64,000 nt of DNA from Eledone cirrhosa (lineage: Eukaryota), in the NCBI GenBank assembly GCA_964016885.1, contig OZ024742.1, positions 333,560,001 through 333,624,000 of the forward strand. Reading direction: 5' to 3'. Under the pieces are notes generated by a model that saw only the letters and a list, made by a program, of their open reading frames with translations, ran no database searches and had not been told where the DNA came from. How positions within the stretch are numbered: the first letter of the stretch is position 1; every line of letters begins with the position of its first letter. This document shows, in pieces, positions 1 to 13,092 of this stretch. Made by a program: the position numbers and the translations under genes.

Positions 1-2437
1 AACACCCCATTCAATCTACAACCACCAACCCGAACCACATTTTACAACAACAAGGAATATAACAAACACAGGAGACCACTTAACATCAGCAGACAACCCC
101 TCTACCCAACCATTTTTTAGACACAGCACACAGATACAGGCAAACAAAATAACACAAGACAGGGAGGAGAAACCGATAGTAATAAAAATTATCAATCTTA
201 CTAGTGCAGAACCAACACCCAACCTTATCAACTTACTCCCCAAAGGTCTTAAATTCACACCGACCCCACTACGTCCTAACTACTATGAAATGAAGGAAGA
301 CATCACAGACTTCTGTAGAAAGTTACGACTTAGTGAACAACTATTCGACCAGTACAATGAGGATGAATCATTAGCCAGAAATAGAAGCAATTACACCCCT
401 TCAAAAGGTAGAAATAAAATCCTGGACGAATTCTGTGAACACATCACAAACTTCCCTTACCAACACTTGCACAGACAAAAACACAAGCCAGACCTCAACA
501 AGAAAGAATGGGAAGAATTAAATAGATTAAAAACCGACAGAACCATTACATTTAAAGAGGCTGATAAAGGGAGTACAGTAGTCCTAATGGAGGCAGAAGT
601 CTATATCAACTTAGCGCTCTCCACTTTGGAAAACGAAACATACTACGAAAAGGCTGAACACTACAATCAACAGAAAATTATGAGAAACCTAAAAACTCTA
701 ATCAACCAATACAAAGAAGGACTCACTAACAAGGAATTCAGCTTCATCACAGACTTCACAAGTAAATCCAGCCTTTTCTACGGTATCCCTGAAGTACATA
801 AAATCGAATCAATCAGTAAGGCATGCAAGGAAGCCACAGACATAGTCATCAATGTCCCCTCACCCAATGATCTCAAATTAAGACCTATAATAGCAGGCCC
901 CGCTTGCGAAACGCACCGTCTTAGCAACTTCATTGATACCCTTCTCAAACCCTTCCTCAAGCACATCAAAAGCTATATAAGGGACGACCTAGATATGCTC
1001 AATCACCTCCCTAATATGCCAATTTCTGAACAAACCCTACTAGTGACGTTCGATGTAGTCAACCTATACTCCAACATCCCCCACAACCTAGGAATAGAAG
1101 CTATCCAATTCTGGCTGGATAATTTCCACAATGAACTCCCACAACGCATCAAAAAAGAATTCGTGATAGAGGGACTCAAATTTATCTTGGAGAACAATTA
1201 CTTCGTTTTCAATAACAAACCCTACAGGCAGAAATCTGGGACCGCTATGGGAACGAAAAAAGCCCCTACTTATGCTAACCTAGTCATGGGATACCTGGAA
1301 ATCACCCTCTACACTAAAGTCCTAAACAAATTTGGAAACACCCCCCACTTACACATTGAAAGGAACTGGAAGCGATATCTAGATGACTGCTTCATCCTTT
1401 GGCACGAAAACATCGAAAAACTTAAAGAATTTCACACCCTTATAAATGGGCTCAACACAAATATTAACTTCACGATGGAATACAGCCATAAAACAACTCC
1501 CCTTCCTCGACATCCTCATTAAGATCCATAACAAAAAATAGAAACAGACATATACTACAAGCCCACAGACTCCAAGCAATATCTCCCCTTCAACTCTTGC
1601 CACCCTAGACACGTTAAAATTAATATTCCCTACAACTTAGCCAAGAGAATATGTACTATAGTCTCCAATAAAAACATCTGCTACTTACGGCTACAAGAAC
1701 TAAAGGACACACTCATAGGCAGGGACTACCCTGCATCTCTAATTGACAATGGAATCCAACGTGCCCTAAAAGTCAGTACCCAGGACCTTAGACACCCTAA
1801 AGTAAATCAACCAAAACTAAAAGCTCTTCCATACATCTCCACACACAACCCCCTCAACAATGAGGCCTTTGACACCATCCTCCAGAACATCCCTGTATTG
1901 AAAAAGGACCATAGAATGAACCAAATTCTACGAACACACGATATCATAAAGAGCAAAAGACAATCCAAGTCAATGAAAAACATCTTAACACATGCCAAAG
2001 TACTGCCAACCACAACAACGAAACCCACAGTAAAATAATGCGATAGACCCAACTGTGGCATTTGCATCAACCTAATAGAGGGTTCGGAATTCTATTTCAA
2101 AGATGGACAACGTTTTATAGTAAAACACAATTTCACATGTGCATCGGAAAATCTAATATATGTATTAACTTGTTCAGGTTGTCGAGAACAATACATAGGC
2201 CAGACCAAAAACAGCCTCCGCCAACGCATGACTGTCCATAGATCCCAAATTAAAATACGGGAATACAGGAAAATACCACTGAGTGAACACATTGATACCT
2301 GTGCCGCCCAAAATCATCCCAACTTCAGAATCTTTCCCCTCTACAAATTTAAAGATAATGCCATCCACACCCAGCGCATCAGCAAAGAATCTTACTTCAT
2401 TAACAAATACGGACCCCGTCTAAACACTTCTCCCTAA
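1..2437 (+). mobile_element. Penelope-like retroelement (RT + C-terminal GIY-YIG), Neptune-like, disrupted; 5' end runs off the window
   Basis: In-frame N-terminal motif LLPKGLKFTPT (~230-265). RT ORF 290-1522 has DKG, LRPI, FDVVNLYSNI, GTAMG and RYLDD. After frameshifts near 1495-1540 it reads PFLDILI / YYKPTDSKQYL..SCHP. A stop at 2036 precedes the Cys linker CDRPNCGIC, then NLIYVLTCSGC..YIGQT..LRQRMTVH..SEH (GIY-YIG with CCHH), ending at 2437. Confidence 0.92.
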
Positions 2438-3001
2438 GACGAACCCACAACATACACACGTCAACATACATACCTACATCAGCACACATCTATACCCACA
2501 TATAAACACAATGACACACGTAAACACACATGCTCTATGGTGCAATACAAAAAAATATTGGTGCATATATATGTATGTATATATGTATATATATATATAT
2601 ATATATATGTAGTGAATATATGTATGTGTGTATATATATATATATAGTGAATATCATTTCACACCTTTTATTGTTAAGATTTTTGATGTTCTATTAAGAG
2701 AACCGATTTTACTGAAAAAATCGAATAATGTACACCATTTTACCAGGGGAAAAAAAAATACTGGTCCACCCACACACACACACATATATATACACAAACA
2801 CATACACACGCGTACATCACACACACACACGCACTTCTCCGTATAAGACAAAAGCTGAAAAATATCTTTTGACCTTCGAATGACTCTGCTATATACACAC
2901 ACACACGCACACACACACACACACACACACTTATCTTAATAGCCATTTGACACACATCGCTGCTGGCCATTGTCGCAGCATCGAACACCTTACTACTACT
3001 A

Positions 3002-3077
<76 letters not shown>

Positions 3078-3091
3078 ACACACACACATAT

Positions 3092-3443
3092 TTGTTGTGA
3101 AAGAGTCATTTCTCAAACTTGGCGCAAAACCAATTTTTTATCCACATGACCTCTACCAACCAATCAAAATTGTTTTGACCAAGAATTTTTGCTGGAGCCA
3201 CTTTTTTAACATAAAAACAGGTAGAATTCCCAAAACTAATCAGATCAGAGCAAACAGTACGGACACTCTATCTCAAAATTATTTTTGAAAAGCATTTAGA
3301 AATGCGCAACCGGTAAAAACTTAAAAACTTAAAACCACAACTGAATACTAACCCATACAATCACTAATACTCTTTTATTCCTAATTAAACCATTTTTCAA
3401 ATGTGAACAATTTGTCAGCATTTTCTATTCCGTTTACCAATAT
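3092..3443 (+). mobile_element. Short non-coding element with variant hammerhead motif, ending in (TA)n; same family as 44396-44583 and 45139-45326
   Basis: 3241-3440 aligns by eye with 45139-45326 (AGAGCAAA..CTCTAT..TTTTTGAAAAGCATT..GCGCAACCGGTAAAA..AACAATTTGTCAGCATTTTC..TTTACCAA), then (TA)n. Confidence 0.7.
3282..3318 (+). ncRNA. Hammerhead-like motif, U3-A8 core plus GCAA (A13C) variant
   Basis: TTT-TTGAAAA-GCATT..AATGC-GCAA-CCGG-TA-AAA. Stem I is only 3 bp; stem III is the palindrome ACCGGT. Confidence 0.5.
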
Positions 3444-3461
3444 TTATATATATATATATAT

Positions 3462-3703
3462 ATATTTATGATTTAATAAAATATATCTGTTCACTGATAT
3501 ATTCCATATGCTGAAAATCTTTCTGAATACCAGTGACCAATACAACGTGTAGCCCTCAATGTTTAAAAGTAACATACATACTGAACTGTATGTTACTTTT
3601 AAACATTGAGAGCTACACGTTGTATTGGTCACTGGTATTCAGAAAGATTTTCAGCATATGGAATATATCAGTGAACAGATATATTTTATTAAATCATAAA
3701 TAT
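3462..3703. repeat. Near-perfect fold-back palindrome (~115-bp arms) abutting (TA)n
   Basis: 3462-3577 is the reverse complement of 3587-3703. The two near-identical opposite-strand ORFs 3444-3632 and 3533-3724 reflect this. Confidence 0.95.
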
Positions 3704-3888
3704 GTGTTAGATACAAAGTGTTAGAAATTGAATCAATTATAGGAAAGCTCTTCTTAAGAATGCATGCATCAATCGGTGATATGCACAATGGTATTTCTTG
3801 ATGAATTTATCCGCCTATTATCAGGTACCTAATTAAACTGAAGTGTGGAAAATTTATATATTATATCATTTATACCCCCCGCCACATG

Positions 3889-3920
<32 letters not shown>

Positions 3921-4013
3921 CGGAAGTGTGTGTGTGTATAAATGTTTACATATATACATATTTACACACATACACATATGTATGTGTTTAAATGTTTATA
4001 AATATATATACAC

Positions 4014-4138
<125 letters not shown>

Positions 4139-4182
4139 AGCGTGATTATGAGTTTATGATAGAAATTACCCAGAAACTGTAT

Positions 4183-4261
<79 letters not shown>

Positions 4262-5570
4262 AGATGTGTGTCTATGTTTGGTTGCATATTCACGTGTGTG
4301 CGTTGTTTGCATCCGAATAGTCTGTTTGTTTCTCTGTGTGAAGATGGGCGTGAAGATATAAGCTGAAATATATTCATTTATACATAGTTTTGCACAATGA
4401 TGTATGTAAATCACAATATATTACATTCAAGTATATTCTAAGAGCTAATGAGTCATTTATGAACAGAATTTGATTAATTTTATGATTAATGAGGTAGCTA
4501 GCCACTCAAATACACAGATTAAAATAACCAATATTACGGAAATATATACGCATATACTTTATGGTTTCTACCTGTCAAAGTGTTTATATTACTCCAATCG
4601 TCTTTGTTTTCAAACCAACTATTTAAAGATAAAGGTATATAAGTTTATAACTGTCAATATATGCATATATATAGTTATACCATATTACACATACACATAG
4701 AGAGAGAGAGAGAGATAGAGAGAGAAAACATGCGTTTGTATATGTTTGCAAAAAGGTGGGGATAGATGAGGAGAGGGAAATATTGAAGGTTGGAAAGAGT
4801 GACATATGTAACTAGTTATAAGATTTGATGAATCTTTCGCTAGTAATCTATTTATTGGAAGTTTTGCGTCACTTCTTCCTATTACTTACAACGCCAACAC
4901 AACCATCTCTTTTTTCCGTCATGCATTCCCACACCATCATCATTCTCGTAAAACTACCACCATTATCACTATGATTTCCACCAACACTATCATCAACATT
5001 AACAGCAAATCAAAACATAGAGCGCTAACAATAACACCAACACTACAATCAGCAAGAGCCAGAGATTTAGCAGTTATGTAAATAACCAAAAACAGTAACA
5101 CAGACACATTGAAACAAAACACTTTACCGATCTCATCGTGACATATTCATTCGCTATCAGTGAAAGCAAATTGCTTATCAGAAAGAAGCGACCTTATCAG
5201 TAGAAACCACTCCCAAATATCCCCGCGGCCTATCTCCCAGCACACACTAACATATACCAATGATAAGGCCAACTTATTATCTGATCTCATTTAGACGGCA
5301 ATGAAGTTTACAAATTCTCATTTAATTGAAAGTGAGAATAGATACATTGTTGCACTTGGAGTTACTTCACTTTCATCAATCAATCCAGACAATGATGGAA
5401 TTCTTCTGTCGATGCAGAGTCGAAAGTATTTCCCAAAAGTCAATGAGTATATATACAGGTCATTAAAACGAAACATTTTTATAAACTCACTGACGAACAG
5501 TGACAGACACATTTCCATAAATACGCAAATATATATATACATACATATATATATATAATATATATATATA

Positions 5571-5648
<78 letters not shown>

Positions 5649-5815
5649 GTATGTATATGTAAATAGGAAAATGTTTCATTAACATGATATAATGAAGCAG
5701 TAGTTATATAGAAGTAGGCATTTCCTATGGAACTACAGTATTGGGTACGCGTATAGAATTAACACAGATGTGGACAGGCTCACACATATAGACACACACA
5801 CATACATACATATAT

Positions 5816-5898
<83 letters not shown>

Positions 5899-6324
5899 TA
5901 TCAGTCACCAAATTCCTCCAAATATTCCGTCATTCCTCCGCTCACATCCTCTACAAAGCCTCAAAAAACTTGCCATCTGCTTTTGTAATTGCCAAACTCT
6001 CTAGATAAAGCAATAAGATAGTACTGCGGTAAGTAAAGGTTGTGAGAATTGTTATAGTGATTGCCGTAATGACATCGGTAACTATCTATGACTGTTCGGT
6101 GATAATTATTTGCTTGTATTGGTACTATATAAAAAACTCATTACTGTTGGTTATTTCTTATTTTAGTGGAATAATTGAAGCCACACTTGTACATGATGTT
6201 TATTCTTGTGGTAGAATTTTTCGAAGGTTGGTAATCATATTTTCAACAATGTAATCTGTGGTACGTGGTTTATTTTAATAAAAACATGTTGCTAGAGTTT
6301 GATAACATATTCAGAAGGATGTAG

Positions 6325-6380
<56 letters not shown>

Positions 6381-6410
6381 GTGCGTTGGTACGCATACAA
6401 ATATATAATT

Positions 6411-6441
<31 letters not shown>

Positions 6442-6551
6442 ATATATATAAAGAATTAAAAGGAACAGAAAAATGCAGTAAAAGATATATAAATATATGT
6501 CTGTGCGTTGTTACGCATACAAATATATAAGTATATATATATATATGTGTG

Positions 6552-6582
<31 letters not shown>

Positions 6583-6614
6583 ATTATATCTATATATATA
6601 TATATATATATATA

Positions 6615-6709
<95 letters not shown>

Positions 6710-7132
6710 TTTATATGAACTCACGTCGAAACATACATTTTTCTATGTACTTCAAATATATAAACATGTCAGCCAAATATATAAACAGTGTTGTCAGTAT
6801 TAAAAACGAATGGAAAATATTTGGGAAGCTGTTCACAGGAATAATTCTCATGCAACCAACCATACGTTGATACATTGATGATTATGTCGGTGGTCGTGCC
6901 AGTTGTTTTGTCTAAATAAAATTAAAAACACATTTATTAAAGCTTGTAGTCTTTTTAATATAAACATACCAAGTTGGATATCTATTTATCTGTCCATATC
7001 TGAATATAATTATATATATATATACACAAATATATATATATATATATATATGTGTGTGTAGTATATATATGTATAATATATATATATATGTATATATATA
7101 TATGCGTGTAGTATATATATGTATAATATATA

Positions 7133-7226
<94 letters not shown>

Positions 7227-7259
7227 ACATAAATATATAGAGAGATATTGATATATATA

Positions 7260-7322
<63 letters not shown>

Positions 7323-7611
7323 GTGAAAAGTAAAGAACTGCACAGGCTATAAGATCTATGTATATATCTGTGTGAGTGGAATAAATAAATCTCTGTACGA
7401 TATGCGTGTTTCTATGAACGCACAAGTTCAGACCAACAATTTCATGCTCAAATATTTAAATTAATTAACATTTCCATCATGCCAGTAAGTTATATTCCCT
7501 GGAAATCTATCAGGAGGTGAATTAAATTATCTATATAATGCCTATCAATCCATCTATATATATATATACGTAAAAAGTACGTGATACACTGGTTTTATGT
7601 GGTCGATATAT

Positions 7612-8251
<640 letters not shown>

Positions 8252-8257
<6 letters not shown>

Positions 8258-9046
8258 TAATAGATTAAAGTTTAAGCAAAGAATCGCTGCTTTCACCCTT
8301 AACTGGATCTTCTGAAACTAACATAGTCAATATGTACACGCACACACACACACACACACATATGTATATGTGCGTGGTTTTGTATACCTATGGCGAGTGT
8401 TTTCGCGTATGCTTGTGTAATTACGTATTTGGATGCGTGTATGTATTTATTTAATTTCAATTACCTCTGTATTGTATTTTATTTACTTTATTCTTAACTC
8501 TGAAGAGGAGAATCATTCGGTTTCCTAGTTAGAACTTTAGTCTACGACTTCAGCTATACCATTTACGTTGTTTTGTCTTTGCGTACAATTGTTCTCCACG
8601 CTACACATATGACGTATTATCTTCTTTTTTTTTCGTTCATTGCCAGAGAACGTCTCTATGAACCACCTAAGAGAACATTAGTCTACGTCTTCATTTATAC
8701 CATAAACGTTGTTCTGTCTTTGCGCGTAATTGTTTTTCACCGCTCCTATTAATGACGTATTATATTCGTTTTTTCCCGTTCTTTGCCAGGGAACGTTTCC
8801 ACGAACCAAAATATCGTCTTCCTGTCTTCCTCCGGTTTCAAGGTTTTTTGAAATATCCACTTCTGCGTTTACAGATTGACTTTGTTAGTTTCAGAAAATC
8901 CCGTTAAGGGTGAAAGCAGCAATTCTTCGCTTAAACTTTAATCTGTTATTTTAATAAATTTTTGCTCTACGGTTCTTATATATTTGATATATATTTATCC
9001 TTATCTCGAGCCTTCTTTGGATTTTAGTCTTCAAATGTATTATTAT

Positions 9047-9051
<5 letters not shown>
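8252..9051 (+). mobile_element. Truncated PLE 3' end with 5' inversion; same family as the 3' UTR of the element at 27921-30007
   Basis: ~8360-9051 is the reverse complement of ~27921-28600. 8252-8330 is an inverted copy of 8875-8955. There is an internal ~140-bp tandem duplication (8538-8800). Both ends abut (TA)n. Confidence 0.85.
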
Positions 9052-9103
<52 letters not shown>

Positions 9104-9390
9104 AAAACACACAGATATTAAATATATTAATAACTCCCTCTGGTCGAGCAATCTTTGAAGTGTGGGGACAACTGGAAAGCTTCCATTACTCATACTTCTC
9201 GCCTTCTTCACTACCTCTTCTACGGCCTCGATATGAATACCCCCTCCGCCTCCGTGGTGTTTTCTTCGTGGTTATAAGAGGCTTAGCTCTGTTTCTCGAC
9301 CGTTATATCGCGTGACTATCTCCCCCTCCGCCTTTTGGGATTCTTTCTCACGTCGTGTAGACGCGTTCTTGAGACTAGTAAAATGAGGTA

Positions 9391-9478
9391 TCCTCTTGAT
9401 AAGTCGGCAGACCTCGCAGGGACTCTATATCTTTGATATATTGTTTTTGTTTATGCCACGAAACTACGTAGTCGAGGA
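9391..9478 (+). ncRNA. Type I hammerhead, U3-A8 core, extended stem II
   Basis: Stem I TCCTC/GAGGA; core TTGATAA; stem II GT(C)GGCA..TGCCAC; GAAA; palindromic stem III CTACGTAG; GUC triplet. Lies in a ~450-bp segment bounded by (TA)n (9101-9548). Confidence 0.82.
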
Positions 9479-9544
9479 ATTTAGGAACAGTTTAGGTATG
9501 ATACATTTTATTACTAATTATATCTAAATGTTTCTTCTCTCTTC

Positions 9545-9630
<86 letters not shown>

Positions 9631-9644
9631 TCTGATTTTGAGTT

Positions 9645-9723
9645 TGTCTCCTGATGAATCCTAACTCAGGACATTCCTATTATTTGGATGTCTAAAAATA
9701 CGGATGAAACCATGGTAGAGATA
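9645..9723 (+). ncRNA. Canonical type I hammerhead with extended stem II
   Basis: Stem I TGTCTC/GAGATA; CTGATGA; stem II ATCC..GGAT enclosing a GACATT/GATGTC hairpin; GAAA; palindromic CCATGG; GUA triplet. Lies in a segment between (TA)(GA)n and (TA)n (9628-10005). Confidence 0.85.
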
Positions 9724-10025
9724 TGATTACGGTATGTACGCATTTCTTCTAAGTTTAATTTTACACCTAATTGTGTATGGTTGATGATATATTTAGTCAG
9801 TTTCTACATGCTGTCGAAATGTTGGATAAATACTAGATTGGGGCCACCGCGAAGAGGCTACGTTCGGTTATTTGTTGGAGATTTCTCCATAAGAGCCTTT
9901 CTTCTTATAGCTTGATCTAATTGATTTTTTATATGGTTAATTATGCTAATTAGAAGAAGAAATAGTATATATTTTATCTGATGATTCTAAAGACATGATT
10001 TATGATATATATATATATATATATA

Positions 10026-10378
10026 TATAAAGAAAAAGAGATGAAATCGAAAATGCAACTGAAGTCTTATTTCTTTTTTAAATATATATATTTATTTGGT
10101 TCCTTTACCGGTTTCGCAGTTCTTCTGCTTTTCAAAAGGTGAGTTGAGATGGAGGGTCTGTGGTTTTTCTCACATGTGAGAAAAACCACAGACCCTCCAT
10201 CTCAACTCACCTTTTGAAAAGCAGAAGAACTGCGAAACCGGTAAAGGAACCAAATAAATATATATATTTTAAAAAAAAATAAGACTTCAGTTGCATTTTC
10301 GATTTCAACTCTTTTTCTTTATACTTTCACTCGTGTAGGACACCTCGGTTATTTTTCATTTTGTAAAAAAAACCTCAC

Positions 10379-10384
<6 letters not shown>
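10026..10384 (+). repeat. Second copy of the spacer-less HHR palindrome (centre 10174/10175) plus tail
   Basis: 10026-10174 is the reverse complement of 10175-10323 with centre CTCACATGTGAG. It has the same tail TTTCACTCGTGTAGGACACCTCGG..TTTCTAA(TA)n as 8151-8213. Confidence 0.95.
10210..10247 (+). ncRNA. Minimal type I hammerhead, U3-A8 core (mirror copy on minus strand in left arm)
   Basis: CCTT-TTGAAAA-GCAG-AAGAA-CTGC-GAAA-CCGG-TA-AAGG. Confidence 0.78.
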
Positions 10385-10433
<49 letters not shown>

Positions 10434-10435
10434 AT

Positions 10436-11291
10436 AGTATTTAAACTTTATTTTATTCTGAGTTAAGTCTCTATTGGTATTTTCCCTGGATTTCACAAAA
10501 ATCTGTGGATAAAATCTCTGTCTTGAATTCTTTTTAATTGAGTTTGAATTATTTTCCCACATCTTACGTTAATTATTTTCCATTTTGACGTTATAGTCAC
10601 TTATACATTATGAAATACTGTTGGCTTCTTGCTCACATTAATTTCTATATTTTCATTTATATTTATACTCGGAATTTTTCCTAGAGTGCTTAAAATTATT
10701 TGTGACTAATCCCGGTCTTCTTTTAAAAAAAACCGCGATAATATTGCTATTTTGCTGAACTCCTTACATTTTGTAGAGTTATTTTCGGAATGTTTTTGAC
10801 TGCTGTTTCTTGTAAACAGACACTGGTCTCAATCTGACGTCACCAGCCATGTCTCTCCATGTGTGTTTATTTTCATAATTACGCACGAGGTGAACTAGCC
10901 TGCTTTTAAATTCCCTTTTTGGCATGTTTTGGCAGTGACCTTAGGGTTATCATGTTTGAGCTCTACTGATGAACGGTTCCAATCGTGACCATTCCCACTG
11001 AAAAGTTTCCTGAAATAGTCTTTTTAAGACTATATAGAGCATTTGTAGTTTTTTTCCAAATTGAAGGATGAGTATTTAAACTTTATTTTATTCTCAGTTA
11101 AGACTCTATTGGTTTTTACCCTAGATTTCACAAAATCTGTGGATAAAATCTCTGTCTTGATTTTTTTTTTAATTGAGTTTGAATTATTTTCCCACATCCT
11201 ACGTTTATTTTTTTCCATTTTGACGTTATAGTCACTTATATATTATGAAAGACTGTTGGCTTCTTGCTCACATTAATTTCCATATTTTCAT
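10436..11291 (+). mobile_element. Non-coding partial-tandem element (635-bp period, ~220-bp direct repeats) with HHR; retrozyme/pLTR-like
   Basis: 10436-10655 is repeated at 11071-11291. The HHR lies just upstream of the second repeat. (TA)n on both sides. Confidence 0.8.
10960..11040 (+). ncRNA. Type I hammerhead with long stem III
   Basis: Stem I GCTCTA/TAGAGC; CTGATGA; weakly paired stem II region; GAAA; stem III TAGTCTT-TTT-AAGACTA; AUA triplet. Confidence 0.75.
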
Positions 11292-11342
11292 ATTTATATA
11301 TATATATATATATATATATTTTTGTCCGGTTCTACACTAAAA

Positions 11343-11400
<58 letters not shown>

Positions 11401-11426
11401 TGTGTGTGTGTGGGGGTATATGTATG

Positions 11427-11457
<31 letters not shown>

Positions 11458-11459
11458 AT

Positions 11460-12150
11460 AGGTCAGGTTGAGAGTATACGGTATCTCTTTGGTCTTCCTC
11501 CGATCTGGCAGAATATCTTTCGACATTCGCCTTCTTTCGTTCGTCGAGCAGGTCCCATGTTGGTTCCGGGGTCCATTACTCTTTCTTCATGTCACACCCT
11601 CAGCCAACATTTCCTTGTGCTGCTTCGGTGACTGCTGTCGCAAACATTTCTCCAAATCGGCAGCCTCACTCAACTGCTGAAACCAGTTTTTCAGCATCAG
11701 CTGGTACAGTCACGCTTGATCAGTAACCTTCATCTTCTCCACTGAATATGGGTTCGTTCTTTCCTGTCGTTTCCTTTTCTCTTGGCGCAGCAGTAGTTCA
11801 GCACTCAGTAGGTGGTGGTCTGAGCCTACGTCTTCATTTCGGTACACTCTGACATCGCTCCCAGAGGACCGTCGCAATCGCAACCTGAAAGAGCACGGTA
11901 AAGATAGAGACGGTTCAACTAACGGTGTCGGCGAAGGATCCTTCGAGTGTCCTGGCGTTAACGTGTGTGAAATCCTGCGAATAGCCGAGTCGTGGACACT
12001 GCAAAGGGTGGACACGGAGCACCGGTGCCGTCTGGCTGGTCATATTCACTTGGCACGGAGACGAAAAAGCCGCCGCTGATCGTGACCGTTGGCTTACTGC
12101 CAAAGAACCTACGACTAAGGCTAAGAGGTATGTATTTAGGTATGTATATG
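11460..12150. mobile_element. Decayed RTE-clade LINE fragment with internal inversion
   Basis: Minus strand ~11460-11860 gives DVRVYRNEDVGSDHHLL..LKNWFQQL..TWDLLDERKK (end of APE endonuclease plus linker). Plus strand ~11900-12110 gives RCRRRILRVSW, RLAGHI and AADRDRW (RTE C-terminus), followed by a short tandem tail. Confidence 0.7.
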
Positions 12151-12514
12151 TAAGTATAATTTCTTTGTTATTTCCTTTTATTCTTCTGATAGTTTAAACA
12201 AGATTGTTTCGGGTTTTACACAATTTTCTACATACTTAGAATTGAAATATTTTTAAAATATTTTCTCAAATTCTTCCTGGATAATGTTTCGTTTTGAATA
12301 TTCGTGGTTTGGAATGGAGGTAAAGGCTCCTCTGCCCTAGATTTGATGAATACTATCAGGTAGAAATTTCGACAGATTTTCCAGTATAAATACTTAGTTC
12401 ATTCATGTCTCTATATATTCCAAGCAGTAGTGATAATTAAGAAAGAACAGTATCAATAGTTTTATTGGTTTGATTTCATAATCCGCTTATGTTGTTAGTT
12501 TCTGGTCTCATTAT

Positions 12515-13092
12515 TGGATTGGCAGTATCGGTAGAGGGACGGACGCCATGCTTTGCAGCAAAAGAGTTACGGCTCTTTATGATCTGAGTTCAAATCCCGC
12601 CGAGGTTAACTTCGCCTTACATCCTTACGGGGTCGATAAAATAAGGTACCAGTAATACACTGGGATAATTACTGGCCTTGTGCCAAAAGTAAAAACAATT
12701 ATTTTATTATTCTAGATATTTTTCTACTTTTGGCACAAGGCCAGCGATTACCCCAGTGCACCAGTGGTACTTTATTTTATCGACCTCGTAAGGATGAAAG
12801 GCAAAGTTAACCTCGGCGGATTTGACTCAGAACGCAAATGACCATAACTATGGTGCAAAACATGGTGTCTGACGCTCTACCGATACTGCCAACCACTGCC
12901 CTGGGCGGTGGATTGGCAGTATCGCTAGAGGGTCGGACACTATGATTTGCAGAATAGTTACGCCCCTTTACGGACTGAGTTAAAATCCCGCCGAGGTTAA
13001 TTTTGCCTTTCTTCCTTACGGGGTCGGTAAAATAAAGTACCAGTAATGCTCTGGGTAATTGCTGGCCTTGTGCCAAAAGTAGTAACAATTAT
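12515..13092. mobile_element. Three adjacent tRNA-derived SINEs (+ 12515-12702, - 12722-12900, + 12903-13092) with Meta-domain-like core
   Basis: A-box-like TGGCAGTATCGG; B-box-like GAGTTCAAATCC; core GCCTTTCATCCTTACGGGGTCGATAAAATAAAGTACCAG; tail GGCCTTGTGCCAAAAGTAGAAACAATTATT. Confidence 0.88.

Noticed and set aside
2036-2038. In-frame stops in PLE ORFs as possible selenocysteine recoding (as described for some Naiad PLEs)
   Set aside because: The stops are TAA (2036) and TAG (56688), not TGA at Cys positions, and the 1-2437 element also has frameshifts.
8495-8535. CTGAAGA-GGA..TCC resembling an HHR 5' half
   Set aside because: No GAAA, and the paralogue at ~28440-28470 reads CTGAAGC.
12515-12600. 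A/B boxes suggesting a tRNA gene
   Set aside because: No cloverleaf; it continues into a repeated SINE body.
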